A stretch of 64,000 nucleotides of DNA, taken from positions 1,152,001 to 1,216,000 of the forward strand of contig OZ253449.1 of assembly GCA_965261345.1 (NCBI GenBank), given 5' to 3'. Both the position numbers and the translations under genes were made by a program. Shown here one piece after another: positions 19,693-30,053 of this stretch. The notes below the pieces were generated by a model. That model did no database searches. It had not been told where the DNA came from and was given only the letters and a program-made list of their open reading frames with translations. The stretch comes from Chloroflexota bacterium. Its GTDB lineage: Bacteria > Chloroflexota > UBA11872 > VXNJ01. Each line of letters begins with the position of its first letter. Position 1 is the first letter of the stretch.

Positions 19693-20520
19693 TTGGCTGT
19701 AAGCCCCGTTTCCAATCCGGAAGCCTTGCCCGCCTGGCCCAATGACTTTACCCATTTCTACGAAGCCCTGACCGGAGACTTTCGTGGCGATGTCCCAATG
19801 TACGTCAAGCTTGCCGAAGAGCGTGGCAATCCCGTGATATTGGACGTTGCCTGCGGCACCGGGCGCGTCGCCATCCCCCTGGCCGAGGCCGGCTTTAGGG
19901 TCACCGGGATCGATTTTGACGCCGAAATGGTCAACCTGGCCAAGGCCAAAGCCGAACATTTGGAATTGCAGAAGCGGGCGGTCTTCTTTCGGCGCCGGAT
20001 GCAGTCGTTCAAGCTGCGGCGTAAGAATTTCGACCTGGTTCTGATCGGGGCCGATTCGTTGGCCCACCTGCTGGATCCGGCCGACATCCTTAGCACCCTG
20101 CGCAGCTGCGGTGAGCACCTGGACCCTTCCGGCTCGCTGTTTGTCACCTACAAGCAGTCTCCCTACTTGGAATGTGCCGGGAAATACCACGTCCAGAAAG
20201 AGCGTCCGCGCCACGTTTTCAACAAAAATCTCAACGAGACCCTGCAGTACAAGGGGACCACGATCGTGGACCCCAACTTTCAGCGGATCATGTTCCACCA
20301 CGAATTTGCTCCACCCCGGACGGAGCGGACCCGCGAGAACACGATCGTGTTTGAGTACAAAACCCGGCCGGTGTTCCCGGGTGAGCTGATCCTGCAGCTC
20401 TCGCAGGCCGGATTCGAAGTGGTCGCTCAATCCGGCGACTTCGCGCTGTCGCCACTGATGCCGCAGAGCGAAAAGCTGATCATCGAAGCTCGCCACCGGA
20501 ACCGCCCGCAGGGCAGTTGA
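19693..20520 (+). CDS. Class I SAM-dependent methyltransferase
   Basis: ILDVACGTGR motif I, GIDF, FDLV, HLDPSG. Confidence 0.88.
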   Translation: MAVSPVSNPEALPAWPNDFTHFYEALTGDFRGDVPMYVKLAEERGNPVILDVACGTGRVAIPLAEAGFRVTGIDFDAEMVNLAKAKAEHLELQKRAVFFRRRMQSFKLRRKNFDLVLIGADSLAHLLDPADILSTLRSCGEHLDPSGSLFVTYKQSPYLECAGKYHVQKERPRHVFNKNLNETLQYKGTTIVDPNFQRIMFHHEFAPPRTERTRENTIVFEYKTRPVFPGELILQLSQAGFEVVAQSGDFALSPLMPQSEKLIIEARHRNRPQGS

Positions 20521-20529
20521 GCCCGCTTG

Positions 20530-22218
20530 CTAAGCGCCGGGCCGATGGCTGTTTACGGTCGCCAGGTAGTTGGCGGCGGTCTGTTCGGCAAACCTTCGAT
20601 CGCGACCCAACAGGCTAGCTAGCAAACCTGCGGCGGGTGCGGCGGCGGCCGCACCGTTGTCGTCGCCGACCAGGAGAATCCGGCGGCGGCGGGCGAACAT
20701 GTCCTCGAGGGTCTGGACCTGTTCATGGGCGACCGCGTACTCCAGCTCGGCCGTCCGCACGTCGGTGCCGGGCAACAATTCTTCCCGGCCGCGACCCGCC
20801 AACCGGGCGATTTCGGCGGCACCCTCACCGTAAACGGTCCGTAGCAATTGCGCCGGATCGGGGTCGGACACCGATGTCGCGCCGCGGTCCGGTGGGTCGC
20901 CGATGCGGCGGTTGACCGGTATCTGGCCGGTGTCCGCACCGCTGCCGGGAAGCTGGTCAAAATCGCCCAGTTCGGCAACCACCAGGGCGGTAAGGCGCTT
21001 GGCGATTTGGCGATAGGTGGTCAATTTGCCGCCACCGACCGCCACCATTCCGCTGCGGCTGCGCAACAGTTTCTCGCGGCGCGAAGTGGCCTCCAGATCG
21101 ATGCCGGCTTGGCGGATGAGCGGGCGTATTCCGGCCTGCGCGCCAATGACCGGAGCTTGGCCCAGACCCAACCCGGGCAGGCGCGAATCGATTGATTCGA
21201 GCAAGTAGGCAATGCCCGGCGCATCCGGCAGCGGGTTGTCCAGCGGCCCTCGGTAGGCGGTGTCGGTGGTCCCAATCATCAGGCGCCCGTACCACGGAAT
21301 GGCAAAAATCAAGCGGCCGTCCGAGGGCGCCGAAAGGGTGAAGGCGGTATCCCTTGGCAACTCGCCCCGCGGCACGAAGATGTGGATTCCCTTGGCCGGG
21401 GCGATAACCGGGTGCCAGTCGGGATCGTCTAGGGCCATTAGCTGGTCGAGCCAGACTCCGCAAGCCAGAACGACCCGCCGGGCGTAGATCACGAACTCGT
21501 GCCCGCCCACCTGATCGGCCACGACCACGCGGTGACATCCATCCTGCTTTTCAATTGCCAGCACCGGGCAATAGTTAGCCATCCGGGCGCCCAGCGAGGC
21601 GGCGGTTTTTGCCACCTGGATTGTCAATCGCGAATCGTCAGTGAGCGCGTCCCAGTAGGTGAACGCGCCGTGCGCACCACCCGCCAAAAGAGGCTGATAG
21701 CGCTCCTGCAAGCTGGCTCGAGAAACCCCGACATTGCGCGAATGCCCACCGAACCCGCCCATGAGGTCGTAGGTAGTTAACCCAACCCGCAATTGCGCGG
21801 CCTGCCAGGGACCTCCGTAGAACGGGAGCACGAACGGAATTTCACTAACCAGCCCCGGGGCCAGCTGCCCCAGTCGGCGGCGCTCGTGAGCTGATTCCTG
21901 GACCAAGTCGAATTCGAGATGCCGGAGATAGCGCAGCCCGCCATGAATCAGTTTTGTCGAACGCGACGACGTCCCGGAGCTGAAATCGCGGGCCTCGATC
22001 AGGCCGGTTGCCAGCCCGCGCGCCGAGCATTCCAGCGCAACTCCGCAACCGGTGATCCCGCCGCCCACAATTAGCACGTCAAGCAGGCCCTGGGAAAGCC
22101 CGTCCACGGCGTCGGCACGCCGTCCCAGCGAGAGACGTCCCTGCCGGTTGGGCGGCGGCTCACTGAAGCGTTGTTGCGGTGTTAACAAGACATCACGCCT
22201 AACATTTGCCAGGATCAA
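20530..22218 (-). CDS. glpD: FAD-dependent glycerol-3-phosphate dehydrogenase/oxidase
   Basis: IVGGGITG, DFSSGTSSRSTKLIHGGLRYL, GTTD, GGKLTTYR; true start probably 30-100 nt downstream. Confidence 0.88.
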   Translation of the reverse strand: MILANVRRDVLLTPQQRFSEPPPNRQGRLSLGRRADAVDGLSQGLLDVLIVGGGITGCGVALECSARGLATGLIEARDFSSGTSSRSTKLIHGGLRYLRHLEFDLVQESAHERRRLGQLAPGLVSEIPFVLPFYGGPWQAAQLRVGLTTYDLMGGFGGHSRNVGVSRASLQERYQPLLAGGAHGAFTYWDALTDDSRLTIQVAKTAASLGARMANYCPVLAIEKQDGCHRVVVADQVGGHEFVIYARRVVLACGVWLDQLMALDDPDWHPVIAPAKGIHIFVPRGELPRDTAFTLSAPSDGRLIFAIPWYGRLMIGTTDTAYRGPLDNPLPDAPGIAYLLESIDSRLPGLGLGQAPVIGAQAGIRPLIRQAGIDLEATSRREKLLRSRSGMVAVGGGKLTTYRQIAKRLTALVVAELGDFDQLPGSGADTGQIPVNRRIGDPPDRGATSVSDPDPAQLLRTVYGEGAAEIARLAGRGREELLPGTDVRTAELEYAVAHEQVQTLEDMFARRRRILLVGDDNGAAAAAPAAGLLASLLGRDRRFAEQTAANYLATVNSHRPGA

Positions 22219-22241
22219 GGCAGTTGGCGAAGGGCCCGAAA

Positions 22242-23279
22242 TTGTCCAAATCGAATGCCCTACCCCTCATCATGGCCGGGTTGGGTGGAATTTCCCGGCA
22301 ATGGTTGGCGGCCCTGGCAGACAATCCGGACTGGGAATTGGTAGCCGCCTGCGACCCCGATCCGGCGGCCCGGCAGCGCCTGGTCGAATCGGGTTGCCTG
22401 CCCGCCGAACGGGTGCATCGCCGAATCGAACCGGCGCTTGAAGTTGCGCCAGGGGCGGCGGTATTGATGCTCATACCTCCGGACCGGCGATTGGAAACCG
22501 GCCGACTGTGCCTGCTGCGCGGCCACCCGCTGCTTAGCGAAAAGCCGATGAGCGTGTTCCCGCAGCACGCCCTGGCTCTGACCGAGACTGCACGGCGCAC
22601 CGGCGTTCCCTATGCGGTAAATCAAAACTACCGATTTTGTGTCTTTGCCCGAACTGTCCGCCAATTGATTGCCGGGCAAGCGGTCGGCCCAATCGCTTTC
22701 GCCGAGGGCTCGACCCACAAATTCTTCCCCGCCCGCGGATACCGGGCCGAAATCGCCGACGTGATGGTTTTTGAAATGGGCGTCCACTATGTGGATCTGC
22801 TCCGCTACTGGTTTGACTGCGAGTTGGCCGCGGTGCAGGCGGTCGCGCCCGCAATCCCATTCAACAGCCACAATTCCGAACCGGTGTTTCAGGCTCTCTT
22901 TGAGATGGCCGCCGGCCCGACGGTGGCGGTTACCGCGAGTCGCGAGAGTCGCGGGCAGGTTGACGGATTCGAAGGGCGCTGGCGCTTTTGCGGTCCCGAC
23001 GGGTCGATCCACATCAACGATTTTGGCCAAGGCTTAGGGGTTTACCTCGACCGGCAGGCCGGCCAACGGCCGGAACTGATTGCCAAGAGCCGCGGAATCG
23101 AAGAAGGGTTTCGCGCCCAGCTGGATGATTTTTGCTCCAGCCTCCGGCAGGGCCGGCCAGCTGAGACCAATTGTTTTGACAACCTGCGCACGATCGCCGG
23201 GTGCTACGCCATTGGACAGGCATATCGCTCCGGTCTCCGGACGACCCCGGCGCAGATGCTTCCGGCGGCTTTCATCTAG
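22242..23279 (+). CDS. Gfo/Idh/MocA family oxidoreductase
   Basis: AGLGGI, SEKPM, NQNYRF, EMGVHYVD; start uncertain (22242 TTG or 22272 ATG). Confidence 0.85.
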   Translation: MSKSNALPLIMAGLGGISRQWLAALADNPDWELVAACDPDPAARQRLVESGCLPAERVHRRIEPALEVAPGAAVLMLIPPDRRLETGRLCLLRGHPLLSEKPMSVFPQHALALTETARRTGVPYAVNQNYRFCVFARTVRQLIAGQAVGPIAFAEGSTHKFFPARGYRAEIADVMVFEMGVHYVDLLRYWFDCELAAVQAVAPAIPFNSHNSEPVFQALFEMAAGPTVAVTASRESRGQVDGFEGRWRFCGPDGSIHINDFGQGLGVYLDRQAGQRPELIAKSRGIEEGFRAQLDDFCSSLRQGRPAETNCFDNLRTIAGCYAIGQAYRSGLRTTPAQMLPAAFI

Positions 23280-23304
23280 GGCCGGCAGGGGGGCCGGTCC
23301 AAGA

Positions 23305-24090
23305 ATGCGAATCGCTACCTTCAATACGTTTGAGGGCGGGCACGCCCGCCTCGGGGCAGTGGGCGGCCGGGAGAACTTGATTTTGAAGGTCGTCCGGGAT
23401 ATAGCCCCTGACCTGATCGCCCTGCAGGAACTGGTCGGTTGGGAGCGCGCCGGCCGTGCCCGGTTCGAATCCTTCGCCCGCGCCACCGGTCTGGTTGGAG
23501 AGATCTTCGTCGGCGGCGGTTTTCCGATGGGGTTGCTGGTGCGCGAGCCCTGGAAGTTGATGGCGGCGCGATTCCTCCGCCAGGGTTTTTGGCATGGCCT
23601 AATCGTCGCCGAGCTCGGTGACCCCGACGGCCGGCGGTGGCAGGTGCTGGCCGCCCATCTCTCTCCGCGTGGACCCAGACAACGGCTGGACGAGCTCTCG
23701 ATCGCGCTGGCCGCGGTCGACCCGGCGGTGCCAACGATCCTGCTCGGTGACCTGAATCTGCTAAGCCATCTTGACCGCCTCCAGTCGTGCGACCTCTCGC
23801 TGCCTACGTTTATCCGGCATTCGAGCGCCGGGCGGCTTGACCAGCGGGTATCGCGGCGGCTGGCAGGGCTCGGACTGGTCGATGCTTTCGCGCACCTCCA
23901 CACCGGTTGCCGCGGCCAAACCATCCCGACTCCAGCGGCGCCCGAGTCGCCGTTCTCGGCAGCGCGCCTCGACTACGTGCACCTGTCGGCCGCCCTGCTA
24001 GCCCGTCTGCGCAGCGCCGCCGTGTATCGCAGCGCCCCAGCCGAATCGGCTTCCGACCACTACCCGCTGGTAGTCGAATTGGAAGATTGA
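23305..24090 (+). CDS. Endonuclease/exonuclease/phosphatase (EEP) family protein
   Basis: MRIATFN, ALQE, AHL, GDLN, RLDY, SDHYP. Confidence 0.88.
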   Translation: MRIATFNTFEGGHARLGAVGGRENLILKVVRDIAPDLIALQELVGWERAGRARFESFARATGLVGEIFVGGGFPMGLLVREPWKLMAARFLRQGFWHGLIVAELGDPDGRRWQVLAAHLSPRGPRQRLDELSIALAAVDPAVPTILLGDLNLLSHLDRLQSCDLSLPTFIRHSSAGRLDQRVSRRLAGLGLVDAFAHLHTGCRGQTIPTPAAPESPFSAARLDYVHLSAALLARLRSAAVYRSAPAESASDHYPLVVELED

Positions 24091-24126
24091 CCGGCTGCTG
24101 GAGCTTGCCGGTCTCGGGCGCCCGTC

Positions 24127-24202
24127 TGGCTCCCCTGGAAGGACTCGAACCTTCAACCTAGCGGTTAACAGCCGCCCGCTCTACCAATTGAGCTACAGAG
24201 GA
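24127..24202 (-). tRNA. tRNA-Asn(GTT)
   Basis: TCCTCTG acceptor, loop CTGTTAA, GGTTCGAGTCC, encoded CCA. Confidence 0.96.
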
Positions 24203-24276
24203 ATGCGGTTCAGTGTGAAGGCGATCAACGATTATTTTGCAACTTTTTACGGCCTGCGGCGGCGGCCCGGCGCGCC

Positions 24277-24903
24277 CTAGCCGACTTTGGCGTTCGCGTC
24301 GGTGACCAGGTGCTCGGCTATGGCGGCGATCGGGACCATCGGGGCGTCGAATTTTCGGGCGAATTCGAGCAATTCTTCGGCGCGCATCATTTCCCCGTGG
24401 CGCCCCTGGATCTCGGAGATGACCGCCGCCGGATATAGGCCGGCCAGCTTCATCAGTTCGATCGCGCCCTCGGTGTGCCCGCGCCTGGCCGCTAGCCCGG
24501 CCGGATGGGCACGCAGCGGGAAGACGTGACCGGGTGAGACAAAATCGGACGGTTTGGAGGAATCGTCAACCAACGCCCGGATCGTGATCTCGCGATCGAG
24601 CGCCGAACTGCCGGAGGTGGTCCCGTGGCGGTAGTCGACGGTCACCGTAAAGGGGGTGTGGAATTCGTCGTCGGTGTTGGACCGCGCCATCAATTCAATG
24701 CCCAACTTGGCCAGCCGCGCCGCAGTCATCGCCACCGTGATAAAGGTTCGGCACTGCTCTGCCATGAAGGTGATCGCATCAGCGGTGATAAATTCCGCGG
24801 CCACAACCACGTCACCCTCGTTCTCACGGTCAATATCATCGACCAGAACGGCCATCCCGCCATGGCGCAGGGACTCTATGGCTTTAGCGAGTTGTTCGGT
24901 CAT
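24277..24903 (-). CDS. ribB: 3,4-dihydroxy-2-butanone-4-phosphate synthase
   Basis: DDIDRENEGD, PGHVFPL, RRGHTE. Confidence 0.93.
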   Translation of the reverse strand: MTEQLAKAIESLRHGGMAVLVDDIDRENEGDVVVAAEFITADAITFMAEQCRTFITVAMTAARLAKLGIELMARSNTDDEFHTPFTVTVDYRHGTTSGSSALDREITIRALVDDSSKPSDFVSPGHVFPLRAHPAGLAARRGHTEGAIELMKLAGLYPAAVISEIQGRHGEMMRAEELLEFARKFDAPMVPIAAIAEHLVTDANAKVG

Positions 24904-25039
24904 ACAACCGCCCGGGCAATTGGTTGAGGGGATTTAAAGGTCGATACCAGACTGCAAAGTTTCGCCTACGGCCCGAGCTTAGATTAGTTTGCCCGATCTC
25001 CGCCCAACCGGCACCGGGGTCATCTGGGGCCAGGCACAA

Positions 25040-26323
25040 ATGCACGATTTACTTTCCGTCGAATTCGCACTGGAGCGCGTCCTAAACCGTGCTCGCCCAT
25101 TGGACCCAGTCTTAGTCGAGCTGGAGGAGGCCGGCGGAATGGTGCTTGCCGCCGATTTGATCGCGCCCAGTGCGGTGCCCCCGCACGACAATTCGGCCCT
25201 GGACGGTTACGCGGTCCGGGCGGCCGATATTGCCGCCGCCGGCCAGCGGTCTCCCGCCCGCCTGGCGGTGATTTACGAACAGCCGGCCGGGGCCGCGAAC
25301 ACGACGCCGATCGGCCCCGGCGAGGCGGTGCGAATAATGACCGGCGCACCGCTTCCGCCGGGAGCCGATGCGGTCGTGGGGTTTGAGGACACCGACCGCC
25401 AGGACTGGGGCCAGAATTCGGGCGCACGCAACACTCCAAGTGAGGACGCCGCCGTGGCGGTGTTGGCGCCGGCAGCCCCGGGCGAGGCGATTCGCCGCGC
25501 CGGCGAGGACCTGCAATCAGGCCAGTTGGCCCTCCCGTCCGGGACCGTAATCAACCCCGGTGCGGTCGGGGTGGCAGCTTCGATCGGGGCCACCAAGGTT
25601 CTAGTCCACCGGCGACCACGAGTGGCGATCATACCCACCGGCGACGAGGTGGTGGAGATAGACGCCTCGCCGGGCCCAGGCCAGATCCGCAACAACCACG
25701 CCTGGGCGTTGGCCGAATCGGTGCGCATCCACGGGGGTTTGCCCGATCGCCGGCCGATCGTCCGCGACCAGATAGAGGCGGTCCGGCAGGCTCTGCTGGC
25801 GGCGGCGGAGAGTTCGGACCTGGTGCTTACCATCGGTGGGGTTTCGGTAGGCGATCACGACCTCGTCAAGAACGTGATCGGCGAACACCGAATTGATTTC
25901 TGGCGGATCCGCATGAAACCTGGAAAGCCGCTGGCGGTCGGCACGATTGCTGGCACCCCGGTGCTCGGCTTGCCCGGTAATCCGGTTTCCGGGTTGGTGG
26001 TATTTGAGCTGTTCGGGCGGCCGCTGCTGCTAACGATGCTGGGGCGCCGCAACACCCGGAGGCCGCGCCTGCGGGCCCGTGCCGCGGGCCCGGTGCCCGG
26101 TGATCTGGTGCGGCGCACCTACGCCCGGGTGACCGTATGGCAGGACGAGACCGGGTACCGGTGCCTGCCGACCGGCGCCCAAGGATCTGGCATCATGTCG
26201 TCGTTGGCCAAGGCCGACGGATTGGCGATTGTCCCCGAGGGGCGCCTTCAGATCGAACCCGGCGAGCTGGTCGAGGTCGAGATGTTCGGATGGTCGGCTA
26301 TGGCGGAGGACCCTGCCGGCTAA
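25040..26323 (+). CDS. moeA: Molybdopterin molybdotransferase
   Basis: SALDGYA, IMTGAPLP, TGDE, GGVSVG, MKPGKP, LPGNP. Confidence 0.93.
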   Translation: MHDLLSVEFALERVLNRARPLDPVLVELEEAGGMVLAADLIAPSAVPPHDNSALDGYAVRAADIAAAGQRSPARLAVIYEQPAGAANTTPIGPGEAVRIMTGAPLPPGADAVVGFEDTDRQDWGQNSGARNTPSEDAAVAVLAPAAPGEAIRRAGEDLQSGQLALPSGTVINPGAVGVAASIGATKVLVHRRPRVAIIPTGDEVVEIDASPGPGQIRNNHAWALAESVRIHGGLPDRRPIVRDQIEAVRQALLAAAESSDLVLTIGGVSVGDHDLVKNVIGEHRIDFWRIRMKPGKPLAVGTIAGTPVLGLPGNPVSGLVVFELFGRPLLLTMLGRRNTRRPRLRARAAGPVPGDLVRRTYARVTVWQDETGYRCLPTGAQGSGIMSSLAKADGLAIVPEGRLQIEPGELVEVEMFGWSAMAEDPAG

Positions 26324-26875
26324 CCGGAATTGCCCGGGCTCGGTGCCCCGGCGGCGGACGGGCTGGGTCTGGATGGTCTTGCGCTTGGCCAGGTGATCGT
26401 GCCAACCGCGGGCATCCCGGTCGGCCAAGAGGGTGATCTAAGGCCACCCAAGGTTGACAAGCACGATTGCCACCAAGATCAAATACAAGAATTGACGGGC
26501 GATGATTGCGCCGGCGCCGTCCTCCGCGCCATCGATTCGCGCCACCCATCGGCCGCGCAATTTCTCGCCGATCATGGCCCGCCCGGGGGCCAGAGCACGA
26601 ATACGGATTTGTAGGCAATACCCGTAATCGGCGGCAGGACGGCAATTACGACGAACGCTAAAAACCGGCGCGGGGCCATCGTCAAATCTGGCCGAGCCGG
26701 CGATGCCGATCCCGCCTGCAACGCCAAATACCAGCGCCACCGGGATGATCGGTGCGGCATCGACTGCGGCAGCGCCCAGACGCTTGGTTTTGGAGGCGGT
26801 ATCCAACTCGGCCTTCCCTCCGAATCCCAGGTAGTCACGCACGCGGCGGCCCGGCCGGTTCACAGGATCGCGCAT
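26320..26875 (-). pseudogene. RDD-family membrane protein, disrupted
   Basis: RDD hallmarks (KRLGAAAVD, GEKLRG, RGWHDHLA) spread over two frames, plus an in-frame TAG at 26440-26438. Confidence 0.6.
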
Positions 26876-26978
26876 CGGGCGATGCGACGCCAATTTGTTC
26901 GATCGCGCCACCGGCCCAGCGCGATTGAGCGGGGCGGGCAAAAACCAATAGACTGGCAGCGCCGTGACGGCAAGTTGC

Positions 26979-27055
26979 GGGCGCATAGCTCAGTTGGCCA
27001 GAGCGCGCGGTTCACATCCGCGAGGTCACAGGTTCAAGTCCTGTTGCGCCCACCA
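26979..27055 (+). tRNA. tRNA-Val(CAC)
   Basis: GGGCGCA acceptor, loop TTCACAT, GGTTCAAGTCC, encoded CCA. Confidence 0.96.
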
Positions 27056-27212
27056 GCCCGGCAACGGAAACCGGGTGAATTGGCCAATGCCGGCCAGCTT
27101 GACCCGGCGTGCCTGCTACCCCGGTTTGCAAACTCCAGGGAACCGGACGCCAGATCGGTATCCGACAAATCAACCGCGCGCTTCCTAACCTTGGCGGCGA
27201 TGACTTTGACAA

Positions 27213-30053
27213 TTGACAACCTCCCGGCCGGATAGGCGATCGCCGATGCGCCCGCCGATTCCGGCTTTGCGGCCAAGGCGTGGCCGATTGACCTCGCCGG
27301 TGATCGCCGCCGCCTCTCTGGCCCTGGTGGCGCTGGCCGCCATGGCGGCGGCGGCGGCGGTGCTACTGGGCGCTGCGTTGGCGCTGCTGCTCTACTCGGC
27401 CCCGTTGATCAACTCAGTCCTTACCGATCTTCCCGATGTCAGCGAGGTAGCCGATTACTCCGACCAGTTGTTTGAGAGCACGGTCATTTATTCAGCTGAC
27501 GGTGTTGAGCTGGGCGAACTGCTCGATGAGGGTCGCCGAACCCTGATCGATCCGGACCAAATACCGCAGCTGGTCAAGGACGCCACGGTCGCATCGGAGG
27601 ATGGCAGCTTTTACGACAATCCCGGCTTCGATCTGATGGCGGTGTTACGCGCGGCGTGGCTGAACCTGCAGGCGCAGGACATCGTCTCGGGTTTTTCAAC
27701 CATTACCCAGCAGGTCGTGAAAAACTCCCTGCTTTCGCCTGAGCAAACCCTGGAGCGAAAGCTGCGCGAGGTGGTCCTGGCCTACCAGTTGTCGCAGGGT
27801 CTGGCCAAGGACGAAATCCTGGCACTCTATCTAAATCAGAACAACTACGGCAACCTCGCTTACGGTATCGCCGCCGCCGCCGACACCTACTTTGGCAAGG
27901 CAGTGGACGAGTTGACACTAGCCGAGACGGCCATGCTAGTGGGTATCCCGCGCTCGCCTACGACCTTGAATCCCTTCGCCGACCTGGCCGGAGCGACCCG
28001 CGCCCAGCACAACGTCCTCGACCTGATGGCCCGCAACCGCTTCATAACCGATGAGGACGCCCGTCGTGCCAAGGACGAACCACTCATCTTTGCCGAAAGG
28101 GCCGCCGAGTTCGGTCCGGCCCCACACTTTTTCCGCTATGTTTCCGATTACCTCCAGGAGCGTTATGGCTCCGAGGTCGCAACCCAGGGTTGGCGGGTCC
28201 GCACCACGTTGAAGCTGGGGGTCCAGCAGGAGGTCGAAGCGGCCGCCCGCCAACACATCGCCGCCCTGTTGGACGCCGGCCATGAGGCCCACAATTCAGC
28301 GGTGGTGGTGCTCGATCCGCGCAACGGCGACATCCTGCTGATGATCGGCAGCGTGGACTTTGGTGACCGTGAAATAAGTGGCCAGATCAACATGGCGCTG
28401 GCACCGCGCCAGCCCGGATCGGCCTTTAAGCCGTTCACCTACGCGACCCTGCTCGAACAGGGCTACAGCCCGGCGACGCTCTTCTACGACACTCCACTTA
28501 CAATCCCCCAATTTCCCCCTGCGGCGCCCTACGAACCGGAAAACTACGACCGCCGCTTTCGCGGTCCGGTTTTGCTCCGCTTCGCGTTGGCTAATTCTTT
28601 GAATATCCCCGCGGTCAAGGCCCAGCAGTTGGCCGGGATCGCCGAAACCCTGGAAACCGCCCGCAGGGCCGGACTGGGCATTGCCGGAGGCCCGGCCGAA
28701 TTCGGCCCGGCCTTGGCGCTCGGTTCGGCCGAGATTTCGCTGCTCGACCTGGCGGCTGCATATGCCGCGTTCGGCCAGGGCGGCTTACACTACCTGCCGA
28801 ATCCGATCCTGGAAATTACCGACAGCCGCGGGCGGACGGTATCAGGTCCGCAACGGCAGCCTCCACAGAAAGTTTTTGACAAACAGGTGGCCTACCTAAT
28901 TAGCGATATCCTGGCCGACCCGGTCACGCGCCAGGCGGTATTCGGGGCCAATCCCAACATGTCAATTGACGGCCACGTCACCGCGGTAAAAACCGGAACG
29001 ACCAACGATTTTCGTGATGCCCTAACGGCCGGGTATTCGACCCAGATTGCAGCCGCGGTCTGGGTTGGTAACGCCGACAACACACCGATGATCGACGTCC
29101 CCGGCTCGCGCGGGGCGTTGCCCATCTGGCATGCCGCAATGCAGGTCGCCCACGATCAGTTGGCCGGCCCGCTGGCTCCGTTTACCCGCCCGCCCGGAAT
29201 CGTTGAGGTCGCCGTCGATCCGGTTTCCGGGCTATTGCCTGGGCCCTATTCGCCGGCGCCGCGCAACGAGCTTTTTGTAACCGGGTCCGAACCAATCGGC
29301 CAAGACGACATCCATGTGCCGGTAGCCATCCACGCTCCATCGGGCAAATTGGCCGGGCCCGACACCCCGGCCGAGGAAGTTGTGACCAGGATATTTGCCT
29401 TCCTCCCACCTCAAGCTTGGAGCTGGCAGTCAGATCTTGCGGCCAATTCACCACTCGCGGCGGCCCCCAGCGAATACGCCGACGAGTTCGATTACCTAAG
29501 CTCGGCCGACGGGCCGCATCTGGCCTACCCGGCCGCGGGCGCCTATCTGGGGGGCATTACCCTGGTCGGCGGCCGACCGAACGGCGCGGCGGCGGCGTTT
29601 GGAGTGGGGAACAATCCCGCCGTCTGGTTGCCCCTCACGCCATCCGACGACGAGTCGTCCGATCCGGCCCAGTTGGGGATGCTGCCAGTTCCAGAACTGC
29701 CCGATGGGCCGGTGATATTGAGGCTCACCACCGAGCGCCCCGACGGCAGCCAAGTCAACACCTATCGGACGGTGACAATCGACCGAGTCAAGCCTGAGGT
29801 CACGCTTTTGCTGGGGCAGACCGGTCCCGAAGCCGAAGCCGGAGTCATCGACCTGGCGGCGCTGGCCAGTGACGACCAGTTCCTCGGGCGGGTCGACTTC
29901 TATGTCGACGGGCATCGCGTGGCCAGTGATTCGCTGGCCCCATTTCACGCCCGCTGGACCGCGCACCCTGGGCCCCACCGCTTCTCCGCCCGGGCCGTCG
30001 ACGCCGCCGGCAACGAGGCCTCCTCGGCGGTCGCCGATCTAGTGTTCCGCTAG
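27213..30053 (+). CDS. Class A penicillin-binding protein (PBP1A) with C-terminal Ig-like domain
   Basis: GT51 motifs EDGSFY, GFSTITQQ, RKLRE; transpeptidase SAFK, SLN, KTG; C-terminal VDFYVDG...AVDAAGN. Confidence 0.92.
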   Translation: MTTSRPDRRSPMRPPIPALRPRRGRLTSPVIAAASLALVALAAMAAAAAVLLGAALALLLYSAPLINSVLTDLPDVSEVADYSDQLFESTVIYSADGVELGELLDEGRRTLIDPDQIPQLVKDATVASEDGSFYDNPGFDLMAVLRAAWLNLQAQDIVSGFSTITQQVVKNSLLSPEQTLERKLREVVLAYQLSQGLAKDEILALYLNQNNYGNLAYGIAAAADTYFGKAVDELTLAETAMLVGIPRSPTTLNPFADLAGATRAQHNVLDLMARNRFITDEDARRAKDEPLIFAERAAEFGPAPHFFRYVSDYLQERYGSEVATQGWRVRTTLKLGVQQEVEAAARQHIAALLDAGHEAHNSAVVVLDPRNGDILLMIGSVDFGDREISGQINMALAPRQPGSAFKPFTYATLLEQGYSPATLFYDTPLTIPQFPPAAPYEPENYDRRFRGPVLLRFALANSLNIPAVKAQQLAGIAETLETARRAGLGIAGGPAEFGPALALGSAEISLLDLAAAYAAFGQGGLHYLPNPILEITDSRGRTVSGPQRQPPQKVFDKQVAYLISDILADPVTRQAVFGANPNMSIDGHVTAVKTGTTNDFRDALTAGYSTQIAAAVWVGNADNTPMIDVPGSRGALPIWHAAMQVAHDQLAGPLAPFTRPPGIVEVAVDPVSGLLPGPYSPAPRNELFVTGSEPIGQDDIHVPVAIHAPSGKLAGPDTPAEEVVTRIFAFLPPQAWSWQSDLAANSPLAAAPSEYADEFDYLSSADGPHLAYPAAGAYLGGITLVGGRPNGAAAAFGVGNNPAVWLPLTPSDDESSDPAQLGMLPVPELPDGPVILRLTTERPDGSQVNTYRTVTIDRVKPEVTLLLGQTGPEAEAGVIDLAALASDDQFLGRVDFYVDGHRVASDSLAPFHARWTAHPGPHRFSARAVDAAGNEASSAVADLVFR

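Noticed and set aside
24904-25039. FMN riboswitch before ribB or Moco riboswitch before moeA
   Set aside because: No GGGTGAAATTCCC-like FMN core or recognisable Moco RNA; the spacer is short.
18110-27055. tRNA-anchored genomic island or prophage
   Set aside because: No integrase, no duplicated tRNA 3' fragment, and the content is housekeeping.
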